Below, in pieces: positions 1 to 13,156 of a DNA stretch of 64,000 nt. The notes beneath the pieces are model-generated. The model was not told the origin of the DNA, did no database searches, and saw nothing but the letters and a program-made list of their open reading frames with translations. Source of the DNA: Octopus vulgaris (Eukaryota); assembly GCA_951406725.2 (NCBI GenBank), contig OX597831.1, forward strand, positions 71,238,001 through 71,302,000, read 5' to 3'. Positions within the stretch are counted from its first letter, which is position 1, and each line of letters opens with the position of its first letter. A program made the translations under genes and the position numbers.

Positions 1-271
1 TTGTCTAAAGTATAGGTTGCACTTTAATGTGATTTGCTGTTTTGAGATGAATAATCAGTGGAAGAGAAATGCTTAAAAGATTGGTGAATGGACAAGCCAC
101 TAAGAGAACAGAATATAAGCAGAAAAGCTGGAACATCAGGTGGATTGGTTGTTTGGTTGATGTAATTGGATATGCTTATATGTATCTGGTGGCTGTATGA
201 ATGACGCGGTATGGGAAATTGATCAGGAAATAGACATTTGTTGAGTATATGCTGAGTAGAATGAAAAAAAA

Positions 272-285
272 ATATATATATATGC

Positions 286-359
<74 letters not shown>

Positions 360-400
360 GTATATACACACACATATATATGTATATATATATATATGTA
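272..400. repeat. (TA)n-rich microsatellite
   Basis: Direct TA/TG dinucleotide run. Confidence 0.95.
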
Positions 401-556
401 TGGCTGTGTGGTAAGTAGCTTGTTTACCAACCACATGGTTCCGGGTTCAGTCCCACTGCGTGGCACCTTGGGTAAGTGTCTTCTATTATAGCCTCGGGCC
501 GACCAAAGCCTTGTGAGTGGATTTGGTAGATGGAAACTGAAAGAAAACCCGTCGTA
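401..556 (+). mobile_element. tRNA-derived SINE family A, 5' half
   Basis: A-box-like TGGCTGTGTGG and B-box-like GGTTCAGTCC; matches the 5' half of the full copies at 5980 and 41593; ends in a TA tract. Confidence 0.9.
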
Positions 557-623
<67 letters not shown>

Positions 624-651
624 ATTATATATATTATATATATAATACATA

Positions 652-712
652 TTCTTTTATTGTTTCAGTCATTTGACTACAGCCATGCTGGAGCACCGCC
701 TTTAGTTGAGCA
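652..712 (-). mobile_element. SINE-A 3' tail fragment, opposite orientation to the adjacent 5' half
   Basis: tgtttcagtcatttgactacagccatgctggagcaccgcc is the reverse complement of the SINE-A 3' end. Confidence 0.8.
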
Positions 713-944
713 GTTGTGGGAAAATTAAATGAAATGTTTTCTTAAAATATTTCCATAGTTTTCAAATGCAAGGGACATTTCCTTTTTTCTGTTTGTCTCT
801 CTCTCTCTCTTTTTTAGTCTGTTGAGGGCTTCATAGCAGTCCTCATATGTATATAAATGTTAAAGAGGACACCAAACGTTAAGGCTACAACATTGGAGCC
901 CTACCACTTGCCTATCATACCTAATCATTTAGGTCACCTGTGAA

Positions 945-1094
945 CTAAACCCCCATACATGAAAACACGGAGAGAAAACAAAACAATGTGAGGACATGGA
1001 ACAAGTATAGTGCTATTGGACACTCAGGAAGGGAAAGAAAGAAGGATGACTGAACTTTTCGAGCGGAGCTCTTCGTCAGAAACATAGGAAAAGG

Positions 1095-1139
<45 letters not shown>

Positions 1140-1358
1140 TATATAGTTCAAATTTTCAGAAAAACAAAAGATGAAGACAGGTGTAGGAAGAAAAAGCAGG
1201 TGTATTAGTTTAATGTTCTGGAAAAATGGCTAAGTCTTTTACATTTCCAGCCTATGCTCTTTGACAGAAAGGAATAAGAGGGAAAAAATGGAGAGTGAAT
1301 AAAAGAAAAAAACAGAGGGAGGAAAAAGAGTGTAGAGTTCAGCAGTCCAGCATGGCAT

Positions 1359-1360
<2 letters not shown>
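945..1360 (-). mobile_element. Penelope-like terminal-repeat relic with two degenerate hammerhead-like motifs
   Basis: Minus strand 1079-1051 CTGACGA-a-GAGC-tcc-GCTC-GAAAagttc; minus strand 1271-1236 cttt-CTGTCAA-agagcataggctg-GAAAt-GTA-aaag. Both resemble the minimal hammerheads of Penelope-like elements. Confidence 0.55.
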
Positions 1361-2180
<820 letters not shown>

Positions 2181-2492
2181 GTGGAGGCACAATGGCCCAG
2201 TGGTTAGGGCAGTGGACTCGCGGTCGTAGGATCGCGATTTTGATTCCCAGACCAGGCGTTGTGAGTGTTTATTGAGCGAAAACACCTAAAGCCCCACGCA
2301 GCTCCAGCAGGAGATGGTGTCGATCCCTGCTGTACTCTTTCGACAAAACTTTCTCTCACTCTTTCTTCTGTTGGCCTGCTCGCTTAGCCAGCGGGGTGCC
2401 GTCATTTGAAGGCTAAAGCAATGCGAAGTGCATTGTGACCAGCGATGTGTAGCAACATCTGATAGCTTGGTCAGTCATGGTGATCACAGTGA
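2181..2492 (+). mobile_element. tRNA-derived SINE family B, variant with a different 3' tail
   Basis: Head gtggaggcacaatggcccagtggttagggc... matches the 48166 copy up to ...ctttctctcactct (~2362), then diverges. Confidence 0.85.
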
Positions 2493-2503
2493 TATATATA
2501 TTA

Positions 2504-3390
2504 TAAAATGGGGAAAGCCAGTTTATGGGATTATCTTAGGTTTCCTGTCTAGAAAGGGTTTGGCTTTATCATCAGATTCCAAAAACCTGTTGGCCCATGA
2601 CTTCTTAAAAATAAGGAGGAGGAAATGCCTCACTACTCAAAGATAACATTTCTGACACCACTGCCACCTCCAGAGATGCCAACACCACCAGTCCCAGCTC
2701 CAACAACAACAATGTTGGTGGCAGCAGCAACAACAAAAACAGCAACAACAGCAGGTACAGCACCAACAATACATGCTCACAGAGATACATTGGATGGTCC
2801 GGGAACTCTTCCAAGCAGCATCACTCCAACCACAGGTCCTCTTTCAGTGTTCCAGAAAGGAGATACATGACATCACTGGCCAGCCATGTCTGGCAACTAA
2901 GAGACGATGGGAATCCATACTCAGTCTCATGGAGAATCCTCAGGAACCCAGGCCCCTGCATAAATGGGACCAAGCATTGCTAGTGATGCATTGTTGAATG
3001 TGCAAGAATACTAAAAGACTTGCTTGAACCAGGGAACAACAGGGATTTTCAGACCATGTTTACATTTCAGGAGATTCCTGCTGGTGCTTTGGACCCCACA
3101 AGATGGCAGCACAGCTGGATATCGATAGCCAATGGCAAAGGGAGATAATCCTTGATTGTTGCCTTTGAGTAATGTCGAATTTCTTGCTCCATATTTTTAA
3201 GAAGCCATGGGCCTACAGGTTTTTGGGATCTGACGATACGCCATAAGGCCAAACCCTTTATGGATGGGAAGCCTAAGGTACTCCCATAAACCGGTCTCCC
3301 CCATTTTTAATATATACTGCTCTTCATCTTAGAGTGTGCTTCTTCTTTCGGATTTATGTTTTCTAAAAACGATATGTGTGCGTTTATAAT
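2504..3390 (+). mobile_element. Penelope-like retroelement relic: GIY-YIG endonuclease pseudo-ORF between inverted terminal repeats
   Basis: + frame from ~2780 reads QRYIGWSGNSSKQHHSNHRSSF..TSLASHVWQLRDDGNPYSVSWRILRN..KHC**CIVE..LNQG..PCLH (PLE GIY-YIG motifs, with stops); 2504-2616 is an inverted copy of 3186-3308. Confidence 0.8.
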
Positions 3391-4767
3391 ATACATATAT
3401 ACTATATGTGTATGTATATATATATATACACACACACCTACGCAAGCACACAGTCATATATCTTGCAACATATAAATATGCAGGCATTTTTATATGCCAA
3501 GACAGTTACACACAAACACTGACCCACAGCATGTCTCATTACAGCTGGATGAGATGAAAGAGACAAGATAACTGAATTTAATTAGTCTACATTATAATTA
3601 TGCTTCATTTATCAGCTGTAGTTATATAATTAATCTACTTCTTTGTGTTGTAATTAATTATTGTCTGTAACTTAATATAGTTATGATTAACAGGTACCTT
3701 AACAGTTACAAATTTGGTTTTGAAATTCGAAGTAAAAGTAAAAACACCAAAAACAAAATGATAATAAAGAGAAAAATTTATAATTATATAATTATAGAAA
3801 AAAAAAACTTAGAAGATTTTATTGCTTAATTAGTTAAGTTTCTTTGTAGATTTTTTACTTCATATTCAACAACTGAAAGTCACTTACTGAGGTAAGTATG
3901 GCAATTTTGTGTCGTATAAGTCACTGTAAGTATGTATATATGTATGACAGATGGCTGTTTGTATGGCTGCACAAAACAGAGCAAAAAATGTACTCAATGT
4001 ATGGAGTAAGGGTTTGTGTGTACTTTTGTTTGAAACTAAAGTTTCACTTCGTTGCTATGTCCACAATTCAGGAACCAGAGAATAGCAGCAGAATACAGAC
4101 TTAGTTTTGGACAGATATATTCGTTGTGCAGTGCTTCTCAGTAGACTTGCTTTGGTATTGGTGATATTGCATGCTGTATATTGTAAATGCTGTATTGTAG
4201 CAGTTTGATATTGCATGTTATAGCATAGTCATTATCCCGTTCTAGTACATTTGTATTCATTGATGATGATGTATTTTCTGTGTTTCTTGTATTTTGAAGC
4301 TTTTGTTATTAAGGGACTGGGTATCTGTGAGGCAATAATGTTCAGGACTTCAGACAACTTTGTCAATAATTCTGTTATGCCTTGTAGGCAATCCTTTTGC
4401 TCAAATTACTAAAATCCTTGATCCTGCTGTCTGTTACACTAATCACGTGGGAGATAAATCTCACCCCAGATAAGACATTGTGTCTTTACTTTGCAGTAGG
4501 AATTGAACTCCGCACTGAAAATTAATGAATCAAACATCATTTTTACAGTGTTTCTATTGCCTACAGTAGTAAACTTTTCTCTCAACAACAGCTTGTAAGA
4601 TTTTGGTGCACATGGGCATTTCGAGTTGTGTCCCTTTATCAATTATTATTATTTGCTTAAAGCAAATTATGTTAAAACAATTGTTGCTGTTGATATTGTT
4701 GTTTTTGTTGTTGTTCTTGTTGTTGTTATTATTACTATTATTACTACTGTTATCATTAATAATAATA

Positions 4768-4980
4768 AGGCGGTGAGCTGTGAAAACCATTAGCATGCCC
4801 AGCAAAATGCTTTGCGGCATTTCATCCAACTTTACTTTCTGAGTTCAAATTCTGCCAAGATCAACTTTGCCTTTCATCGTTTCAGGATCGATAAAATTAG
4901 TACCAGTTATGCATTGGGGTCAGTGTAATTGACTTAATCCCTTCCCCCAGATTTGAGGCCTTGTGCTTTCAGTAGAAAGG
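4768..4980 (+). mobile_element. Old, diverged SINE family C copy followed by (ATT)n
   Basis: aaggcggtgagctg...gagttcaaattctgcc...tttgcctttcatc...gataaaattagtaccag matches the SINE-C core. Confidence 0.75.
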
Positions 4981-5002
4981 ATTATTATTATTATTATTAT
5001 TA

Positions 5003-5048
<46 letters not shown>

Positions 5049-5058
5049 CATTATTATT

Positions 5059-5575
5059 GAGAGAGAGAGCAGTGCATGCTGTCAGAGTGACACTGGGGTA
5101 AAATATATGAAGCCCAGTATACCCATCATGACTACCTGTCTGATAAGGGTACACCAGGCACATACATCACAACCATATGTGCGCGTGGTGATCTCATATC
5201 AAGATAAACAGCGCATGACCTTGCATGTGGGGCCCAGTTAGAATTTTCTTCTGGTCGAGTAACCCATCCCTCTGAATATGGGTTATTCAAAGGTGTTGAA
5301 CAAAACACCCATGATTCCAGAGGTGAATTATCCAGACCCCAAAGAATTCCTCTCAACACATGGCTATGATGCTCCCCCACTACCTCTGCTCGTGATCAGC
5401 GGTGCACATTGTCAGCCATCAAAGGACATGCTCAACTGGTTAAAGTCAAACAACTGACAAGCAAATCTGTGGTATTGAGCAGAATATTTGTTGTAGCCCA
5501 CCTTTTATGTCAAGCAGAACAGTTAAGATCAGAAGCCACCAGAGCTACTGCTTTGTACTGCATCAAAGTGTTTAT
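5059..5575 (-). mobile_element. Family E, ~0.5 kb non-coding interspersed repeat inserted in (TAA)n
   Basis: Homologous to 43856-44470; flanked by (ATT/TTA)n. Strand inferred from a CT-rich end followed by (AAT)n. Confidence 0.75.
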
Positions 5576-5979
5576 TATATTGTTGTTGTTGTTGTTATTA
5601 TTATTATTATTTCCTTTCATAGACTTCTGTAATGCACTAGGCCAGTACTTCTCTCTAGTCCCCAAAATACCATGTTGGATTAGATGTTAGTTCTTTTGAA
5701 TGTAACTTTTCTCTTGCAGAAAAATTGAATTGAATTGAGCACAGCATGCCAGCCAGCTAATTTGTTATTAATTTTGAAGTCACAACTGCATCATGCCACA
5801 TGGCACAGACTACTTGTAACAAGGTGCCTTTGGCCAATGAGAGTTAAGTGTCTCAGCTGTAACAGAGTTACAGTATTACAAACTACCAGCCTTGTAGCTG
5901 TTTCTCCCGTACTGTGTCCAGTTATCCATCACTGTTCAGTCGTTCCAACAATAACGAACCATAGAAGTTTATAGAAACT

Positions 5980-6382
5980 GGAGTAGCTGTGTGGTAAGTA
6001 GCTTGCTAACCAACCACATGGTTCCGGGTTCAATCCCACTGCGTGGCATCTTGGGCAAGTGTCTTCTGCTATAGCCCCGGGCCGACCAATGCCTTGTGAA
6101 TGGATTTGGTAGACGGAAACTGAAAGAAGCCTGTCGTATATATGTATGTATATATATATGTGTGTGTGTGTGCGTGTTTGTGTGTCTGTGTTTGTCCCCC
6201 TATCATTGCTTGACAACCGATGCTGGTGTGTTTACGTCCCCGTCACTTAGCGGTTCGGCAAAAAGAGACCGATAGAATAAGTACTGGGCTTACAAAGAAT
6301 AAGTCCCGGGGTCGATTTGCTCGACTAAAGGCGGTGCTCCAGCATGGCTGCAGTCAAATGACTGAAACAGGTAAAAGAGTAA
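5980..6382 (+). mobile_element. SINE-A, full length
   Basis: tRNA-like head, internal TA/TG microsatellite, 3' body and GTAAAAGA tail. Confidence 0.93.
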
Positions 6383-9300
6383 CTGTTGTATCTGTGGCAT
6401 TGGTTTTGCTGATTACACTGTTTTCCTCTCTTTTAAGTAGGAACAGGCTTTAGTTTTCACATTAAGTGTATTGTAGTATTGACGTTATACCTCTCTGTCC
6501 TTGGCTTAAACGCTACCAAAGATTATTTACCTTTCCAAAATTTACCTTTCCACTCACATGGACACACACTCAGACACAGACACACACACACACTCTCTCT
6601 CTCTCTCTCCCTCCCTCTCTGCCTATCTGCCTATCTCTCTCCATCACCCCCTCCCTCTCAATTGTTCATGCACTCACACATTATTTCAAAGCAGATTATT
6701 CATCCCTTCACTACTCAGTCAGTTCTTCAGAAACTATGATTTTGTTTCCTGTAGGACGGCATATGGTGAGACACCCTGATTAGTGCCTGAGTGAATTCTC
6801 AATATCAAATGAGCAAATGAAGTCTACTACATCTATTGAACATATCTTCTATCATTTTATTTTTTACATACATAATGTATGTATGTGTGTATGTATTTAT
6901 ATATATATATGCATAAATATTGAACAATGAGAGCCAGTGCTCAGTATTGAATTGGTGGATAAAGATTCTTTTTGTATATTAAGGCAACCATTGTTTCATG
7001 AAAAATAACACCTCAACAATTATGTAGCTTATCACATGGAAGCATCAGAGTTAGTCTCCATTTTGTTTTAATCCAAAAAATCAAAGGGGAGACAAACACT
7101 GATGTTCCATGTGGTAGGCTTGATAATTGTTGAGGTATTCCTTAGCATGAAACCAAGGGTAGCCTTAATACACAAGCTAAGTATGTATATATATATAATG
7201 TATGTATATATGTGTGTAATGTATGTCTGTATGAATGAATGAATAGCACCAATTCTCTAAACCTTAAGCAACATCTGTTCTTTGTTATGTGTATAATGTG
7301 GGAGAAAGTAAATTTTATTTTCGACACACCTGAGCCATTGCTGTCTTTTGACAACTTTAAAAAAAATGGACATTTCCTTTCTCTCCCTGGACAAAATACA
7401 TACATACGTGAATGCATGTACACAGATACATGTAGCAGTAATCTCCTAAAATGAATTTAATTGATTTAGCTTTAGTTGGCCCTGAAGTTAATCAATTAAA
7501 GGAAATGCACATTTTACTATGCTTCCTTTATTGTACCAACAGATATTTGTATATAGCATTTGGTTTGCTTCTTTGAGATTTTAGTATTTTGGTTTACTGC
7601 TGATGTTGCATTTGTTGTTGTCATCATTGTTGTTGTTGTTGTTCTTGGTGGTGGTGGTGGTGGAGTTGTAGCTGTTGTTGCTGCTGCTATTACAGCTGTT
7701 GTTATTGTTAATTAGTGGTTGTTATTTTGTTTCATTAACCTTTTGTATACGTTATATATTTTGGAAACAGAAAGTGAAAAAAATTATAAAACAGATTTTC
7801 TTCATTGATGCAAATCTTTTTTTTTTCTTTCTTTTTTTGTAGAAATGTTTTAAATTTATGATTTGAGTGTTTATCGAGTGTCTAGTTTGCTTTTAATTCT
7901 ATCAAATCATTTGTAAAGAGAGAATTATTTTACTTGGACCATTCAGTTACTAATAGCACAATACTCTGATACATAAAGGGGGTATGGGTCCAAGTTTGAT
8001 GTAGTGCTGTTTTTCATTGTTGGTTTTTATATATATTATATCTTTTACTGTAATAAAATACCTATGATGTGAAGATACAATGTTGTAAAGTACATAGTCT
8101 TCAGTTCAAATCTAAGCACAACTGATATATCATGCTTGGGGAAAGGTTTATATATTGACCCAACTTTTCTTAGTTTTCCCTCACTAACTTCATATTTGAT
8201 GGGATAAAAAATGAAATGGACATCTATCGATGGTAATACCATATAAAACAAGTGTAACATTATATAAACATATAAATATGCAAAACAAATCAGTAGGAAG
8301 TACGTGTCACTCTTAAAAAAAAAAGATGTTACCCTTGCTAAAATCTCCCACCACCAATGAATAAAAACATGTAAAATGTCAATGAGAAAAATTCTGTGCA
8401 GTGACTAAATATTCCTCCTTTACTATTGATATCAAATATTTTTGTTATCCATTAATTTTGATTTCTAAAGTATTATTCTGTAACTTAACTCTAGTTATTG
8501 TTAATCTTCGTCTGTCAATCTTTGCCTAAGTGAAACAAGAATATTGTGATGTTTTCTAGATTACTACCATCCACCCGTTTCACTTATTAGAAGGTGCCAA
8601 ACTATTATTCTGTAATTGTAACATGAAAACAAGTTGGTTTTATTTCCTGTGTTCTTTGGAAAAGTTATCACATGACAATGGTTTGGAAATCAAACTCTAT
8701 TACTATAAATATATTTATGTTGTTGAGTTGGATTCTACCCATGTAATTCCTGCTGTTAATAGTTGTATCTGACATCTTACAATATTTGTTACAGATAATA
8801 AGAAGCTATTCTGTAGATAAGCACAAGCTTAGCCATGTTGTTGAGAAGTTCTGATTTACAACAATGGGGATCTGGGTTTGATCCTGCTGTGCTGCATCTA
8901 CTGTAGCCTAAGGGTGATTAATGCTTTGTGAGTAGAATTTCGTTGACCGAAACTGTGTGCATGCATTCATACACAACCCTCACCACCTCACACAAACACA
9001 CACACACATGCATGCATGCATGCACATATGTTATGTGGTAAATTTGAAGAAGTGTCAGAACACCAGACATTGCCTTGTGGTATTCACTGGCCTATTGTAC
9101 TCCAATTGCAAATACTGATGAGGCCATCTTTGTGTTCCATCCTTTTGTGGTTGAGTTGATAAATACAACACCAGTCATCTGCTGGAATCGTTTCTCTCCT
9201 CTTTCTGTTTGACCTTTTCTTTCTTTCTGGAACACATCAGCTAATAATTAAGCTTGAGATGGATGGGCTCCACCAGGGCTAAATATACCTAAGATAACAT

Positions 9301-10799
9301 TAGAAGTTCAGATCATATTGTACGATGTACACACACACACACACACACACACGTCTGTGTGTGTGTGTGTAAAACACAAATGCTTCTAGAAAACAAAAAT
9401 TAAGAATTGATTTAAAAATGTGTATTGTTTTTCTTTTTGTGTCAAAATGCTGAATGACATAATGAAGGTGTCAAACCTTACATTAATACTGCAATCATTA
9501 TGTTGTGACCCTGAGTAGCTCATAGCTCTACTTTCATCAGTTGTCTCTGTCCAATATTACCCCATTGTTGAATGATTACAAGTAGAAAGTATCTAACTGG
9601 AAAGTGGCTAATCTCCTAAGATATAAGAAACTTTTTTCTTTGATTGATCCCTATTGTCCAAAGGATCAAAATTTAGAAGAGTTTGGAAGTGCTTGAATGA
9701 CAAGAAGATCTTATTGCTGTTGCTCAGTTAATTGTAGAAATAAACAGAATGAGATTTTGGCTTGTGTAGTTCAGTTGCTTTGGTCAGCTCTACGAAGTGG
9801 TCGTATGAAATTGACATAGTTATTGGAAGAAATAGTGAACTGAAGAGGAAGCCATAGAATTCTGTCTTTTATTGTGGGTTATGCAGTCATGAAAACTCAG
9901 TCTTAAAACATATGGCTTTCATTTTAAAGACTGCATGGAATTTATTGATGAAGATAACGTAATATACAAATGGCTACAATGGAAAATTCAAGGAACTACA
10001 GAAATAAATCTCTCACTCTCTTTCTATCTTTTCTCCTCTCTCCCCCTTCTCTCTCTCTGTCTATCTATTTCTTATGTATTTACTGGCATTACCTTACAGT
10101 ATGGCAAGAAAGTTCTCTGGCTTTCAATGCCATAACATTTGTTCTGTAGCTGGTTCTCCTTCAAAATGACATTGAACTGAAATGTATCAAATTTCTAATG
10201 CAGAAGAAATATGTATAATGATCAAATTTCAAAACCTTACCAAAACAACCAAAGGTCTAAATGTTTGCCTTCCATAATAGTGAGGCTGTGACACAAGCCA
10301 AAAGCAGTTTCCATTCTGTTGTTGAAACTGTGAAAGGCTTAAAACATTGATAATTATGATGGATTTAGGGACATAATTGTTGGAAATGAGCTGTAAGGGG
10401 TTCATATCAAAACATGATAAAACACCTTTATAAAAAATTTAAAGCTTGAATAAATTCATGTCTTTAATACTAGTTTAAAAGAAAAGCTGTCTCTCATACA
10501 TACAAAAATAAATGCACACATATACATACATAAATACAAACATACACACATTGTTGTTGTTTGCAGTGTTTCTTGTTTGTTTGTTTTTTCCAGAAATAAA
10601 AGTGCATCAAGTGATGAAAATGTGTCTCATTTTTCTCCATTTTCACTTTTAATGAAAATTATTTAAAATTCAATGCACATAGGATCCATATCAAAAGATA
10701 TGTTAGAATGTCACCATTCAGAATATGTATATAAGTAATATATTTTTATAATATATGAAACAGAATCATGTTCCAAACCAGTGTGTTTGTAGTCCATTG

Positions 10800-11808
10800 T
10801 AATTTCAATATAGCTGGATTTTCACATTTTATTTTTTATTAATTTTTTTCTCAGATACTTGTATTTTGCATTAAATTTCTGGTTAATATTAACATAGTGG
10901 TGATAAATATAACTAGGTGGTATTACTGTATAATAGAAATGAGAAACTGATCACTTATGGAGATCTGTCTGATGACTATAGTTCCCAATTTGTTCCCAGT
11001 TTACTTGCATTTCCTCTTATAATGAATTTCCAGTCTGACCAATACATGTATTTGAACAAGTCGGTCATTTCATTGAGTAAAACAGAGGTTTGGTTATACA
11101 GTTCGAATTTGCACTTGAAAATACTTTCTTTCTAATCTTTATGTTGATATAATGACCAGCACGTAAAAACTGAAATACACTACAACCAGCATCACAAATA
11201 CTGTGAAATTTTTATTGTTGTTCTTCACTTTAAACTTTGCCTTTGTCAGTAATTGTCTCAAGTTCTTCAATTATCATTTTCTTTGACCAAGTGTTCCAGC
11301 TAGTAATTGTATCCTTTAATTATTTGTGTCCTTTAATTTTATTATTTTGCCTGATAATGAGACAGTTTGAGTTAGTGACATTGAGTAATTTCATTAAGTG
11401 GATTATATGTCATTACAAAAGTTTCTATATCCCAGTCTTTTGGTTCACTCTCTTGCATTGCATGAAGTGGTTGTATATGTGTTCATTTTTCACTTGTGTA
11501 TTCTTTTGTTCAAGGAGGGAGTGGGGTGAATATTTTTATAAATAGAAATCCTTTGAGTTCTATATGTCATTTTCCTCAGGTAGTTACATCTTCAGTGAAG
11601 ATACAAATTTTTCCTGGATAGAAAATATGCAATAATAAATTTTATGTGTGGTATATGGGTGGGTATGATTTCAAGTTTAGGGATGATATGTGTCTATGTC
11701 TTTGTAGATAATCTTTTGGTAGGGTCCAAGGATATGGTTCACCACAATTTTATAATGTAAACCCGTGGATGGGCTCTAGGCAAACTGGTTTTTACATAGT
11801 GGTACATA

Positions 11809-11853
<45 letters not shown>

Positions 11854-12510
11854 AAGCAAAAATGCTAGTTCTTAAGTCTCTCTAAGAGATCCACTTTAAC
11901 ATATATCCATTGTGATGTTGGTGTTATTCTTAATCACTTTTATGTCCAGGTGTGGTAATTTATTATAGTGATCATCTTTGTTGTCAATTTCAGAGTTTGG
12001 TTTAAACTTTTTAGAAGGACACTGAGTTCTTCTAAATTACTAATTTTGTCCACGTTTTAAAATAGTCAAGTAATCTTTTTCATGAGTCTTGTATATATCT
12101 TCTAAAATTGGTTATATAGTTTTCTTCCGCATCATGCAACAGTTTTCCTTCTATGCTTCCCATCACTGAGTTGGCATGTCTTTGAGCAAACTTGGTTGGC
12201 TTCTATGGTTGTACTTCTAATTTGTAGGAAGTTTTTCCTATAATAAAAGAATGTGCTGTTTTAAAAATTATAACTGACATTATCTAATCTAAACTTCGTG
12301 GTAAATTTGGAAGTTACCTTTATGATTTTCTACCCAGTATTTGAAAGCTGTTATTTCTAACTCATATGGAATATTTGTGTAGGGGCTTACAACAGAAATG
12401 AATTCAGTGTTGCTTATTAACACCAAATTCCAGTCTGTTGCTTTGAGTAGATGAGGCATGAAGTCAGTGCTATCCAGAGCAATATTTGGAAGGTTAGTAG
12501 GTACACAATG
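10800..12510 (-). pseudogene. Degenerate Penelope-like element ORF (reverse transcriptase + GIY-YIG endonuclease)
   Basis: Minus-strand peptides DSTDFMPHL..VVSPYTNIPYELEITAFKYW (~12480-12330), KLPHLDIKVIKNNTNITMDI|YKDIDT, RKICIFTED..IELKGFL and NCITKPLFYSMK*PTCSNTCIGQTGNSL (~11100-11020); many stops and frameshifts. Confidence 0.85.
11706..11902. repeat. Inverted duplicate of 12697-13133 inserted into the Penelope RT
   Basis: Reverse-complement match from agataatcttttgg to ccactttaacat; splits the TMDI|YK motif. Confidence 0.9.
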
Positions 12511-12749
12511 ATATGCACACATACGCATGCACACACGCATGCGCACACACACACATTAACAAAATGAAACACTTGTAATGGAGAATAAATTATACCAGAA
12601 AATTTTCATTTTCCTGTTTGCCTTGTTAACCGGTTAGAGGAGATGTCCTCTCGGGCTTAAATAAAATCACAGTAGAGTCCACTCAAACAGACATCCATGT
12701 TAAAGTGGATCTCTTAGAGAGACTTAAGAACTAGCATTTTTGCTTTTGC

Positions 12750-12780
<31 letters not shown>

Positions 12781-12786
12781 TATATA

Positions 12787-13022
12787 CCTATTTCTTTATT
12801 ACCCACAAGGGGCTAAACACAGAGGGGACAAAGAAGGACAGACATAGGTATTAAGTCGATTAGATCGACCCCCAGTGCGTAACTGGTATTTAATTTATCG
12901 ACCCTGAAAGGATGAAAGGCAAAGTCGACCTCGGCGGAATTTGAACTCACAACATAACGCAGACGAAATACGGCTACGCATTTCGCCCGGCGTGCTAACG
13001 TTTCTGCCAGCTCGCCGCCTTT
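12787..13022 (-). mobile_element. SINE family C, full length, with 12-bp TSD
   Basis: TSD aacacatatata at 12775-12786 and 13023-13034; tRNA-like head and GCCTTTCATCCTTTC...GTCGATAAATT core. Confidence 0.93.
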
Positions 13023-13156
13023 AACACATATATATACCACTATGTGAAAACCAGTTTGCCTGGAGCCCATCCACGGGTTTACAATATAAAATTGTGATGA
13101 ACCATAACCATGGACCCTACCAAAAGATTATCTGGAGTTCTTCACTAATCTAAGTA

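Noticed and set aside
2181-2260. tRNA genes at SINE heads
   Set aside because: A/B boxes are present but no complete cloverleaf; always fused to SINE bodies.
4311-4636. Possible MITE with aagggac/gtccctt ends
   Set aside because: The terminal match is too short and there is no second copy in the window.
9505-9545. Minus-strand CTGATGA followed by an agtag/ctact stem
   Set aside because: No GAAA half of the core.
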